In this document: positions 25,386 through 33,689 of the stretch, piece after piece
Position numbering within the stretch: the first letter of the stretch is position 1
Layout: every line of letters starts with the position of its first letter
NCBI GenBank assembly: GCA_000806115.1
Contig: JWKQ01000001.1
Coordinates: forward strand, 25,784 to 89,783
Length of the DNA: 64,000 bases
Direction of reading: 5' to 3'
Origin: an archaeon GW2011_AR5
GTDB lineage: Archaea > Aenigmatarchaeota > Aenigmatarchaeia > GW2011-AR5
Notes under the pieces: generated by a model
The model's input: the letters and a program-made list of their open reading frames with translations, nothing else
Database searches by the model: none
Told to the model about the DNA's origin: nothing
Translations under genes and position numbers: made by a program

Positions 25386-25792
25386 ACGACACTTATGACG
25401 TATCTGGGATCCACCCTTCCTTTTTCCGTTCCGTATTCGAGGGCGGCTTTCCAGTTTTTCAGCGACTTCGGGTCCGCCTTGAATTTCACAGCCCCGAACT
25501 TCGTTTCCTTGAGCACCTTTCTCAATTTTATCCTGAAACTTCTTCCGCTGAAAATGATTATCAGATTCTTTCTGTCAGTGAAATGAACATAGTAACCAAG
25601 CTTAATTATTTTCTCCAGATTCTTGACAATCCTGTTCATGTCTTTGTCAGCGACTTCTACAACATTCAGCCTCCAGATTCTGACTTTGTCTCCTTCCTTG
25701 TTCCTTTCAGTGAACGAGTCAATAATGTTGAACTTCCCAAGAATGCCCTTTTTCCTTAGGCTCTTGTCAATCAGCCAGCCTTTCCAGACCAT
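25382..25792 (-). CDS. hypothetical protein
   Basis: 136-aa ORF that abuts the argS stop. No motif recognised. Confidence 0.45.
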   Translation of the reverse strand: MVWKGWLIDKSLRKKGILGKFNIIDSFTERNKEGDKVRIWRLNVVEVADKDMNRIVKNLEKIIKLGYYVHFTDRKNLIIIFSGRSFRIKLRKVLKETKFGAVKFKADPKSLKNWKAALEYGTEKGRVDPRYVISVV

Positions 25793-27463
25793 CTACATCT
25801 CCTTCAAAACATCTATGCCGAGCAGCCCGAGCCCGTTCTCCAGCACCTGCATCACCGACACGACCAGGGCGAGTCTTTCGCCTTCCTTCTCGCTGCCGAC
25901 CACTTTCACGGAATGGTAGAAGTCGTTGAACAGCGTGGCAAGCTCGAAAAGATAGTTCGCGAGCAGGTTGGGCTTGAACTCTTCGGCTGATTTTTCCAAT
26001 ATCAGGGGGAACTGCGAAAGCTTCTTCACCAGCGTGCACTCTTTCTCCTCGCCAAGCGCCCCGGCTTTCGGAGCCTTCACGGATTTCCCGAGAATCGAGT
26101 TTGCCCGCGCGTAAGTGTACTGCAGGTACGGCCCGGTATCGCCCTCGAATTCTATCGACGCCTTGGGGTCATAGGTAATTGCACGACCCGGGTCGAATTT
26201 GACTATGAAGTACTTGATGGCGCCAAGCCCGATCTTTTCCGCGCGCTTTGCCACGTCCAGCTCCGCGACGGCGCGCTCCCTGAGCTTCTCCGCGGCTACC
26301 TTTTGCATCTCGTCCATGAGGTCGTCGGCGTCCACCACAGTGCCTTCCCTGCTCTTCATCTTGCCTTCCGGCAGGTTGACCATGCCATAATACAGATGAT
26401 AGCATTTCTTCGCGAACTTGTACCCCAGAATCTCCAGTATTGCAAACAATGCGCGGAAGTGGTCGCGCTGTTCCTCGCCAACCACGTATATCATCCTGTC
26501 CATCATGAAATCCCTGAACCGCTCGGCGGCAAGCGCCATGTCCTGTGTTATGTAGACGGATGTGCCGTCGCCCCGCAGCAGGACGCGCTTCCCGAGCCCG
26601 CGGTCCCCGAGATCTATGATTACGCTTTCGTCAGGCTCTCTGGTGAAGATGCGCTTTTTCAGCCCGTCAACCACAATCTTCTTTCCCTTGAGATAGTGCT
26701 GGCTCTCATAATAGGTTTTGTCGGTACGCACGCCGAAACGCTTGTAAGTTTCATGGATGCCCGATACGCACCACTTGTTCATCTTTTTCCACAAGGCCCG
26801 AACTTCCTTGTTGCCGTTTTCCCAGTCCACGAGCATCTCATGCAGCTTTTGTTCCGTCCCTTCCTGCCCTTCAAGACGCTTTGCAAACATCACGTAAAAG
26901 TCGCCGACGAAATGATCCGGCTTCTTGTCAGGCTCCCCGCCTCCGAATTCCCTGTAAGCCATCATCGACTTGCAGATGTGCACGCCGCGGTCGTTTATTA
27001 TGTCAACGTTTTTCACGTTGTACCCGAGGAATCTCATTATGTTTGAAACCGACGTTCCGAGAACCATGTTCCTCATGTGTCCCAGATGAAGCGGCTTGTT
27101 CGTGTTCGGTCCCGGGAATTCTATCACAATAGTCTCCTTTTTCTTCTTACCGGAGCCGTATTTCGATTTTTGCGACAATATTTCCTTCAGCACAGACGGG
27201 GTAAATTTTTCATAGTCAAGATAGAAATTGAGATACGGGCCCGATGCCTTGACTTCTTTCACCAGAGCCTTTTTTTCCTTCCCTATTTCCGCTTCAAGCT
27301 GCTTCGCGATTTCAAAAGGGCTGCGCTTCTGCTGCTTCGCAAGCTCGAAACATGCGAATGCAAGGTCTGCCGAAACCTCTCTCGGCGGAACTTCCAGAGC
27401 GGCTTGCCCCGCAACCGGCAAGATAAGCTTCTCGCACTCGGAAACAAAATTTTTCCAGGACAT
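25793..27463 (-). CDS. argS: arginine--tRNA ligase
   Basis: 556 aa. PNTNKPLHLGHMRN (HIGH region) and a DALR-type C-terminal anticodon-binding region. Confidence 0.93.
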   Translation of the reverse strand: MSWKNFVSECEKLILPVAGQAALEVPPREVSADLAFACFELAKQQKRSPFEIAKQLEAEIGKEKKALVKEVKASGPYLNFYLDYEKFTPSVLKEILSQKSKYGSGKKKKETIVIEFPGPNTNKPLHLGHMRNMVLGTSVSNIMRFLGYNVKNVDIINDRGVHICKSMMAYREFGGGEPDKKPDHFVGDFYVMFAKRLEGQEGTEQKLHEMLVDWENGNKEVRALWKKMNKWCVSGIHETYKRFGVRTDKTYYESQHYLKGKKIVVDGLKKRIFTREPDESVIIDLGDRGLGKRVLLRGDGTSVYITQDMALAAERFRDFMMDRMIYVVGEEQRDHFRALFAILEILGYKFAKKCYHLYYGMVNLPEGKMKSREGTVVDADDLMDEMQKVAAEKLRERAVAELDVAKRAEKIGLGAIKYFIVKFDPGRAITYDPKASIEFEGDTGPYLQYTYARANSILGKSVKAPKAGALGEEKECTLVKKLSQFPLILEKSAEEFKPNLLANYLFELATLFNDFYHSVKVVGSEKEGERLALVVSVMQVLENGLGLLGIDVLKEM

Positions 27464-27648
27464 GAGAATACTTGAGGACGCAACTTAAAAAAGAATTCAT
27501 CTTGAATGCGCCTGAAACTGCCGTCTTTAGACGGCATGCATTAGGGGCGCATTCGGGATCCCATCTTCTCACAAACCCACGGCTAAAGCCGTGGGTATAC
27601 AAAGAAGATGTGATGCGCTTTTGAAGTTTGCCATTCCCATTCTTATCA

Positions 27649-28623
27649 ATGAACAGGGACAAGGCAAGGGACAAGATATTCAAGGAATCGGAGGACGTAG
27701 AAGGCATTCACGTCAGGGGCTACAGCTTTGCCGACGGCTTAGACATGAAGGATTTCATTGAATCCCTGAAGAGCACAGGATTCCAGGCGTCACACCTGGG
27801 AAAAGCGATAGACATAGCAAAAAAAATGAGAAAAGACGGCGTAACCATATTCCTCGGCTTCACGTCGAACATGATATCCTCCGGCGTGCGCGAACCCATC
27901 CTGCATCTGGTGAAGAACAAAATGGTGCATGTTCTTGTGACAACTGCCGGCGGAGTCGAGGAGGACATAATCAAGACGCTCAAGCCTTTCGTGCTCGGCG
28001 ATTTCAGGCTTGACGGCGCAAAGCTCCGCGAGCGCGGCGTAAACAGAATAGGAAACATACTGGTTCCGAACGACAGGTATATTGAATTCGAGAAGGTGTT
28101 CACCCCGCTGCTTCACCAACTCTTCACCGAACAGAAAGAAACGGGGAAGATAGCCACGCCAAGCGAGATATGCAGGCGGCTTGGAGAGCTGGCAGACGAA
28201 ACCAGCGTGCTGCACTGGGCGGCAAAGAACAACATCCCGGTTTTTTGTCCCGGCATAACAGACGGCTCGATGGGCGACATGATATTCTTCTTCAAATCGG
28301 AGCATCCCGAGTTCAAGCTGGACGTCACCGACGACGTTGTGAAGCTGGAAGACATAGTGCTGGATGCAAAAGAAACAGGAGCAATCATTCTCGGGGGCTC
28401 GCTGCCGAAGCACCACATCATGAACGCGAACATGATGAGGGAGGGCACAAAATACACGATATACATAAACACCGCCATGGAAGGGGACGGAAGCGATTCT
28501 GGCGCACTTCCGGAAGAAGCAAAGAGCTGGGGAAAAACAGCAGCGGACGCAGATACGGTGAAAGTGCAGTGCGACGCTACTATCGCTTTTCCCCTGCTTG
28601 TTGCCGGCGCTTTTGTTGATTGA
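27649..28623 (+). CDS. dys: deoxyhypusine synthase
   Basis: TSNMISSGVREPILHLVKNKMVHVLVTTAGGVEEDIIK and ILGGSLPKHH match the DHS family. Confidence 0.9.
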   Translation: MNRDKARDKIFKESEDVEGIHVRGYSFADGLDMKDFIESLKSTGFQASHLGKAIDIAKKMRKDGVTIFLGFTSNMISSGVREPILHLVKNKMVHVLVTTAGGVEEDIIKTLKPFVLGDFRLDGAKLRERGVNRIGNILVPNDRYIEFEKVFTPLLHQLFTEQKETGKIATPSEICRRLGELADETSVLHWAAKNNIPVFCPGITDGSMGDMIFFFKSEHPEFKLDVTDDVVKLEDIVLDAKETGAIILGGSLPKHHIMNANMMREGTKYTIYINTAMEGDGSDSGALPEEAKSWGKTAADADTVKVQCDATIAFPLLVAGAFVD

Positions 28624-28658
28624 GAACTTTTAAGATTCTACATCTTTCAGGTGGTTGA

Positions 28659-29066
28659 ATGGCTGACAGAGAAAGGCGAGAGGAGATAAAAAGTCAGATC
28701 AGCTACATTCTTAAGAAGCGACGGAAGTATCTAGAAGAGCTTGGAATAAATAGACAGGAGATCTCCGAAGCTTTCGCGAGGGCAATTAATACAACACATA
28801 ATTATGCGTCTTCAATAATAACGAAATACGAGCATGGACTCGTGCCTTATCCAACAACAGCCGGATACATTACTAACGCAAGCAAAAATAGAAGACGCCC
28901 TGTAAAGGAACATTACCGCCTCAAATATCTGCACGATATCGGAATTTACCTAAGAATTCTGGGAATCAAGCCGCCGGAGCTGGTATCCATCGCGGAAATG
29001 TTGCAGGAGCTTGACAGCAATTTTCATCTGCCGGAAGGCACAGAATCTATCGACCAGCCCGTATAG
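28659..29066 (+). CDS. hypothetical protein, possible XRE-like HTH
   Basis: 135 aa. LGINRQEISEAF...SSIITKYEHGLVPYP loosely resembles an XRE HTH. AT-rich. The 3' end overlaps a convergent gene. Confidence 0.4.
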   Translation: MADRERREEIKSQISYILKKRRKYLEELGINRQEISEAFARAINTTHNYASSIITKYEHGLVPYPTTAGYITNASKNRRRPVKEHYRLKYLHDIGIYLRILGIKPPELVSIAEMLQELDSNFHLPEGTESIDQPV

Positions 29067-30216
29067 AAATAACATCGCCGCTCTTCAGCTGATAGCTTCC
29101 CGAGAGCTGCTTTCCCGTTCTTGCGTCGACTGCTGCAACGAACTTCTTCCCTATGTCCTCGTGAACTGAAAAAGCCAAGTCCAGCGCCGTCGAGCCCTGG
29201 CGCATCAAGAGAGCGTGCGGGAGCACGTTGCCCTTTGAGTCGCTCAGCTTGTGCTCGTTCTCCACCGGGTAAACGACAATCATCTTCAGCACTTCGAAGA
29301 CTATGTGATCTATTATTTTCTGGACGCCCGTAGAGCCCTGCGAGTCCAGGAAAGACTGAATATGCTCAAGAGCCTTGCGATGCTGCGCGTCTATTTCCTT
29401 CATAATCCTAAAGCTCGCGCTGCCCGGATTATACTCGATTATGCCCCTCTCAGCCGCGCGCCGAAGGGCAAGCTCGAATTCAGCCGAGCACGGAAACAGC
29501 TCGTAGCCGAGATCCTGAAGACGTTCCAGATTCTCCCCGCTTCCGCTGATATCCGCCTTGTTGGCTGCAAGTATTATCGGCTTGGATTTTTCACGCAAAA
29601 CCGCTATGAACTTTAGGAGATCATAATCATCGGAACCGGCGTGTACGCCTGTTGCGTTCACGGCATGTTCCACTTCCGGCAACTTTATTCCCAAGCCTGC
29701 CAATTGCTTGTTCACCACTTCCGTGAATTTCTCCTTCGTTGCTTCCATCCTCTTCGACAGCGTCGACAGGTTCCGCTTCAGTATCCCGAGAATCCAGTAG
29801 TCGATCTCTTCCTCCAGGAATTTTATGTCATCCTTGGGGTCCCGGCTTCCGGCCGCAATTGGATTGCCGCTTTCGTCAGTTGAGCCGCTGATGTCGACAA
29901 CATGAATGAGCGCGTTCGCCTCCATTATGTCGGAGAGGAACTTGTTTCCCAGCCCCTTGCCTTCATGCGCTCCGGGCACAAGTCCCGCAATGTCAACCAT
30001 TTTCACCGGGACAAAACGAATTCCTTCTACGCATTTCGAGTTCTGCGGATTGCATTTGTTTCCGCCGCACGGACACGGCGCGCGTACATAAGTGACGCCC
30101 TTGTTCGGCTCTATGGTTGTGAAGATGCGATTGCTAATCTCTGCGTCCACCAGGGTTGCGGCGCTGAAGAAAGTGGATTTGCCCGTGTTGGATTTTCCTA
30201 CGAGGCCGATTAGCAT
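29047..30216 (-). CDS. Obg-like GTPase/ATPase (YchF/DRG-related) with C-terminal TGS domain
   Basis: P-loop GLVGKSNTGKST, G3 DIAGLV, NKAD and a TGS-like C-terminus. The ATG at 30216 is preferred. Confidence 0.85.
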   Translation of the reverse strand: MLIGLVGKSNTGKSTFFSAATLVDAEISNRIFTTIEPNKGVTYVRAPCPCGGNKCNPQNSKCVEGIRFVPVKMVDIAGLVPGAHEGKGLGNKFLSDIMEANALIHVVDISGSTDESGNPIAAGSRDPKDDIKFLEEEIDYWILGILKRNLSTLSKRMEATKEKFTEVVNKQLAGLGIKLPEVEHAVNATGVHAGSDDYDLLKFIAVLREKSKPIILAANKADISGSGENLERLQDLGYELFPCSAEFELALRRAAERGIIEYNPGSASFRIMKEIDAQHRKALEHIQSFLDSQGSTGVQKIIDHIVFEVLKMIVVYPVENEHKLSDSKGNVLPHALLMRQGSTALDLAFSVHEDIGKKFVAAVDARTGKQLSGSYQLKSGDVISIRAGR

Positions 30217-30268
30217 AAGACACAATAGAATGGAAAGGTTTAATAAAGTTCAGGCAAAAACCTTGAGC

Positions 30269-30760
30269 ATGAAGATATGCAAGGTGTGCCTGTCCAGCGA
30301 TTTGCTATGCAGCGGCTGCAGCCGGAAGCTCGACGAGGGCATGATTACTAAGACGGACATTGCGCTGTCAAGGGCTCTTCATGAAATAAATCAGAAATCG
30401 GATTTTATCGAGGCTTTCGAGGAAAACGGGCGGCTTTTCTTGATAGTCGACACCAAGCACACGAAGGAGTTCATAGGACCCGGCGGAAAGAATATCCGCA
30501 AGCTTTCAGAGGCGCTCGGCAAGCCGATAAAGCTGATGGAGAAAGCGACGGGCACCGAGAAGCACATAATAGAGAAGCTTATCGGAGCGCCTGTTCTCGG
30601 CATCAATAAGGTATACTCAAACCAGAAAGCGTCAAAAGAGAATACAAGCGGCGAATCATTCAAGGTGCGCGTGGAGCGCCGATACGTCAGGAACGTGCAG
30701 CCGCTTGCCGGTGTCGTCGGAAAAATCCTCAACAAGAAAGTCAGCTTTGTGTTCGAATAA
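30269..30760 (+). CDS. KH-domain RNA-binding protein with N-terminal zinc ribbon
   Basis: CKVC..x9..CSGC followed by the KH GxxG loop (IGPGGKNIRKL). TTTAATAAAG lies ~26 nt upstream of the ATG. Confidence 0.7.
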   Translation: MKICKVCLSSDLLCSGCSRKLDEGMITKTDIALSRALHEINQKSDFIEAFEENGRLFLIVDTKHTKEFIGPGGKNIRKLSEALGKPIKLMEKATGTEKHIIEKLIGAPVLGINKVYSNQKASKENTSGESFKVRVERRYVRNVQPLAGVVGKILNKKVSFVFE

Positions 30761-30761
30761 T

Positions 30762-31133
30762 CTAGTATCTCCGCCCCATGGAGCGTTCCATGTTCTTCAG
30801 CCGTTCGTTGATGGTTTCTGTCTGGCTGCGTATGGCTGACAGCTGGCTTTCTATGAGACTGAGCCGGTCCATTATGTCATAATCGCGCGAACCGCGTTCG
30901 CTTTGCATTTGCGCAGGCTGCCTCATGTCTATACTGCCAAAGCCTGCCGGGTTGTCGAACTGCTGCGGAGATGTCGGGTCGTCCCATGCCGGCACCTCAA
31001 CCTTCCTGTTGGGGCGCGGGAAATCCGGCTCGGGTTCCTGCGGCATCCGGAAATCGCCGAGCACGCTGGAGCGTATATCCTCAGCGTCGTCGTAGTCTTT
31101 CCTGTGAAGCCTGTTCTTTAGCCTGTCAAACAT
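30762..31133 (-). CDS. hypothetical protein, Pro-rich with C-terminal coiled coil
   Basis: 123 aa. C-terminal heptads MDRLSLIESQLSAIRSQTETINERLKNMERSM. Confidence 0.5.
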   Translation of the reverse strand: MFDRLKNRLHRKDYDDAEDIRSSVLGDFRMPQEPEPDFPRPNRKVEVPAWDDPTSPQQFDNPAGFGSIDMRQPAQMQSERGSRDYDIMDRLSLIESQLSAIRSQTETINERLKNMERSMGRRY

Positions 31134-31239
31134 ATTGATCTCTGGTATAGATTCGTTCTTCTTAGTATTTATTTGTGTTTTCCAGTTAATTTGCGGTTTG
31201 TGCGTATTGAAATAAAATCATGGGAAATGCCTAAGCATC

Positions 31240-31378
31240 GCGAACGCCAGTGAGCCAGAATAACTAATAAGTTTCTTTGGGGTAAGACCTAGACCTTTCT
31301 CGTAAGAAACCAAAGGTTTCTGGCGACTCAGGAAAGCTCCGCTTTCCTCGAGTTTCCGAAAGAAAGGGATTGGTATTA
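31240..31378 (-). repeat. composite repeat copy F (stop-type core plus leader-type body with internal insertion)
   Basis: Exact core at 31240-31256 (reverse complement). The body matches copy A almost base for base (GGGTAAGACCTAGACCTTTC ... AAAGAAAGGGATTGGTAT). There is an extra ~55 nt with two hairpins at 31306-31320 and 31331-31347. Confidence 0.8.
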
Positions 31379-31858
31379 GTCTTCTTCGTGACCTATCTTG
31401 AACTTTTCCTGAACAAATTCCTTCATGTCCATGATGTCGTCCTTGCCGTTCTCGAGATAGCCGCGCCGCTGCTTGTAATAGAACCCATGGTTGTAGAACC
31501 ACCAGAAGCTGCGCTGTATGAAATTAGCAAACGTGTAGCCGGTCTCCAGCGTGCCCTTTATCTCTATTGAGAAGTTGCCGGTCCCGTCCTTGTTCTGGAC
31601 TCCCTGCACGATCACTCGGATGAGCGTTCTTGACCACTGGTCCTCTGTGCGCTTCCCCATCCAGACGCCGTAAAAGCCTCCGTCAGTGATGTCCCACCGG
31701 ATGTCCGTTTCGAGCAGGTCTTTCCCGGGAATCTTCATGATGGTCTTTATCATGTCCGGCACCATTCCCATGATGGCGGCAGGATTCGAGCCCCTGTAAA
31801 CCACCTTCAGCCTGTCAGACGGAGCCATCAGGTCGTCTATAATCTTGAGGTCGCCCAT
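31376..31858 (-). CDS. hypothetical protein, paralog 1
   Basis: 160 aa. The C-terminal aromatic helix FIQRSFWWFYNHGFYYKQRRGYLENGKD aligns with MFRRFWHNMFYQQQRMQYLNLGKE of the ORF at 32508..33026. Confidence 0.6.
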   Translation of the reverse strand: MGDLKIIDDLMAPSDRLKVVYRGSNPAAIMGMVPDMIKTIMKIPGKDLLETDIRWDITDGGFYGVWMGKRTEDQWSRTLIRVIVQGVQNKDGTGNFSIEIKGTLETGYTFANFIQRSFWWFYNHGFYYKQRRGYLENGKDDIMDMKEFVQEKFKIGHEED

Positions 31859-31913
31859 ATAACATTATTCTGTTTCCTGCCTATTTATAAAATTCGTGGT
31901 AATCAGGAAAAAT

Positions 31914-32513
31914 ATGATAATAGACCTGACGATGGAAATCGACGAACGCACGCCTGTTTTTCCTGGCGACCCGAAGCCCGATATAAGACAGGCTGCAACC
32001 ATTGAAGAGAACGGCTGGAACGAGAAGCGGCTCACATTCAACAGCCACTTCGGCACGCACATCGACGCGCCGTTCCACATGCTCCCCGACGGGAAGAAGC
32101 TGACTGATTTCCCTCCGGAGAGATTCATCGGAGAAGCTGTTGTTATTGACGCGCGCGGACAGGACGAAATCGACAGCAATCTGGAAGCTGTGAAGGAAGG
32201 CGACATTGTGTTCTTCTTTACGGGCTATTCTGACAACGTCTCCGGCGACTACTTTGAGGGCGGTCCCGTAATCACCTCCGCCACCGCCGGGAAACTGGTT
32301 GAGAAGAAGGCAAAAATCGTGGGTTTGGATTCGTGGACGCCGGACAAGGCTCCTTACGACGTGCACAAAATGCTTTTCAGAAATGACATACTGATCGTCG
32401 AGAATCTTGTAAATCTGGGGCGGCTAATTGGAAGGCGTTTCGAGTGCTTTGTTCTGCCGCTAAAGATAAGGGATGCAGACGGCGCGCCCTGTCGCGTGAT
32501 TGCGCGATTATGA
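31914..32513 (+). CDS. cyclase-family hydrolase (kynurenine formamidase-like)
   Basis: TPVFPGDP, HFGTHIDAPFH and GLDSWTPD match the putative cyclase family. The ATG at 31914 is ~27 nt downstream of TATTTATAAAA. Confidence 0.8.
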   Translation: MIIDLTMEIDERTPVFPGDPKPDIRQAATIEENGWNEKRLTFNSHFGTHIDAPFHMLPDGKKLTDFPPERFIGEAVVIDARGQDEIDSNLEAVKEGDIVFFFTGYSDNVSGDYFEGGPVITSATAGKLVEKKAKIVGLDSWTPDKAPYDVHKMLFRNDILIVENLVNLGRLIGRRFECFVLPLKIRDADGAPCRVIARL

Positions 32514-33026
32514 TGCGCCGCCGTTTCTAAGGGTTTCGCCGAAGTGCTTGACGCTGGACTCCATGGATGTCAGCAGCTCCTTGCCGAGATTCAGATATTG
32601 CATTCTCTGCTGCTGGTAGAACATGTTGTGCCAGAAGCGGCGGAACATCTCATACATTATGTTCTGCTGCCAGATGGTGTCCTGGGGGTATTCCGTTATC
32701 AGGCGCGGCTTGAGGCGTATGACAGCTTTTCCTTCTCCGCCGGCGCTGAAACCCTTCAATGAGATTTCGCAGACTATGTAAGAATAAGTGTCCAGCACCT
32801 TGTTGACTTCCCAGTCAATCTCGAACTTTTCCCCGTCTTTTGTCTTCTCCCAGAGGTAGTTTTTCTCCTGGACGTACGCGTCGGGAACGTTGAACACGGT
32901 GCGCATGAGCTCGTTGAGCTTCTTGTAGAACTGCTCCGGCTTCGGGCCTATGTAGGAAATCCTCAGGTCCTTGATAGGTTCGAATATGTAATCCCATATC
33001 AGGAGCTTTGTTCTTGCCCATACCAT
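32508..33026 (-). CDS. hypothetical protein, paralog 2
   Basis: 172 aa. Same architecture as the ORF at 31376..31858: a beta-rich core followed by an aromatic/Gln-rich helix. Confidence 0.6.
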   Translation of the reverse strand: MVWARTKLLIWDYIFEPIKDLRISYIGPKPEQFYKKLNELMRTVFNVPDAYVQEKNYLWEKTKDGEKFEIDWEVNKVLDTYSYIVCEISLKGFSAGGEGKAVIRLKPRLITEYPQDTIWQQNIMYEMFRRFWHNMFYQQQRMQYLNLGKELLTSMESSVKHFGETLRNGGAS

Positions 33027-33180
33027 CTTCTACACCTTCTAAGATATACTTGCAGCTATGCTATATATTGGTTTTGCAAGGGAGGATGACGAACGTTCTT
33101 TTTTACATGCGCTGAAACAGGGGAACTTCGGGACTATTATTTACCTAAACAATAAATAGCGGATAAAGGCAATAATTATC

Positions 33181-33528
33181 ATGGTACTTGAGATAATACT
33201 AGCGGCGGTGCTGATAGCTTTCGGAATCATTGCTATACTGTTCTCCATCAACGAGGATGTCAACGACAAGCAGCTGATTGTCGTGCTGCTGGTAGGGGTG
33301 GCTGCCATAATCGGCGGCGGCTGGATAATATTGACGCACGTCACGCTCTGGATACTGCTGGCGAAGCTCGCCGGGCTCATACTGGCGGGCATAGGGCTCT
33401 TCCTCATAATCGGGTTCCCGGACGTCGAGCCCGACTACCAGCTCCGCGGGATGTCAAACGCCGGGGTTTTCATAGGCATCGTGCTCCTGATAATCGGGGC
33501 TTACCTCCTGCTCTTCTACCCCGCTTGA
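33181..33528 (+). CDS. small polytopic membrane protein (4 TM)
   Basis: 115 aa made almost entirely of four hydrophobic helices. Its stop codon is the first 3 nt of repeat copy G. Confidence 0.6.
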   Translation: MVLEIILAAVLIAFGIIAILFSINEDVNDKQLIVVLLVGVAAIIGGGWIILTHVTLWILLAKLAGLILAGIGLFLIIGFPDVEPDYQLRGMSNAGVFIGIVLLIIGAYLLLFYPA

Positions 33529-33616
33529 GCCTTTCTTTCTTCAGAAGAAAGAAACCCTTAACGGAAAGAAAGAACTTATTATTAATTCTGGCTCACTGGC
33601 GTTCGCGAAAGCGAAC
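33526..33616 (+). repeat. stop-codon-type element, copy G
   Basis: TGAGCC-TTTCTTTCTTCAGAAGAAAGAAA-CCCTTAACGGAAAGAAAGAACTTATTATTAATTCT-GGCTCACTGGCGTTCGC, followed by the hairpin GTTCGC-GAAA-GCGAAC. Confidence 0.85.
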
Positions 33617-33689
33617 CACCTTATAATATTTTCTTTTTGATTGAGATTTTTCTTTACAAAGAAAAAGCTCAGCCGAGAAAACTTTATTT

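Noticed and set aside
27504-27610. H/ACA guide sRNA interpretation of the nested hairpins (also 52698-52758)
   Set aside because: The lower stem, pocket and upper stem geometry fits. However, no ANA/ACA box follows the lower stem on either strand, and the 4-nt apical loops leave no room for a K-turn or K-loop for L7Ae. The structures are kept only as unexplained.
31218-31502. 94-aa minus-strand ORF covering repeat copy F
   Set aside because: It reads through the repeat element and overlaps the 3' part of the 31376..31858 gene in another frame, and it has no motif. It is an artefact of the repeat.
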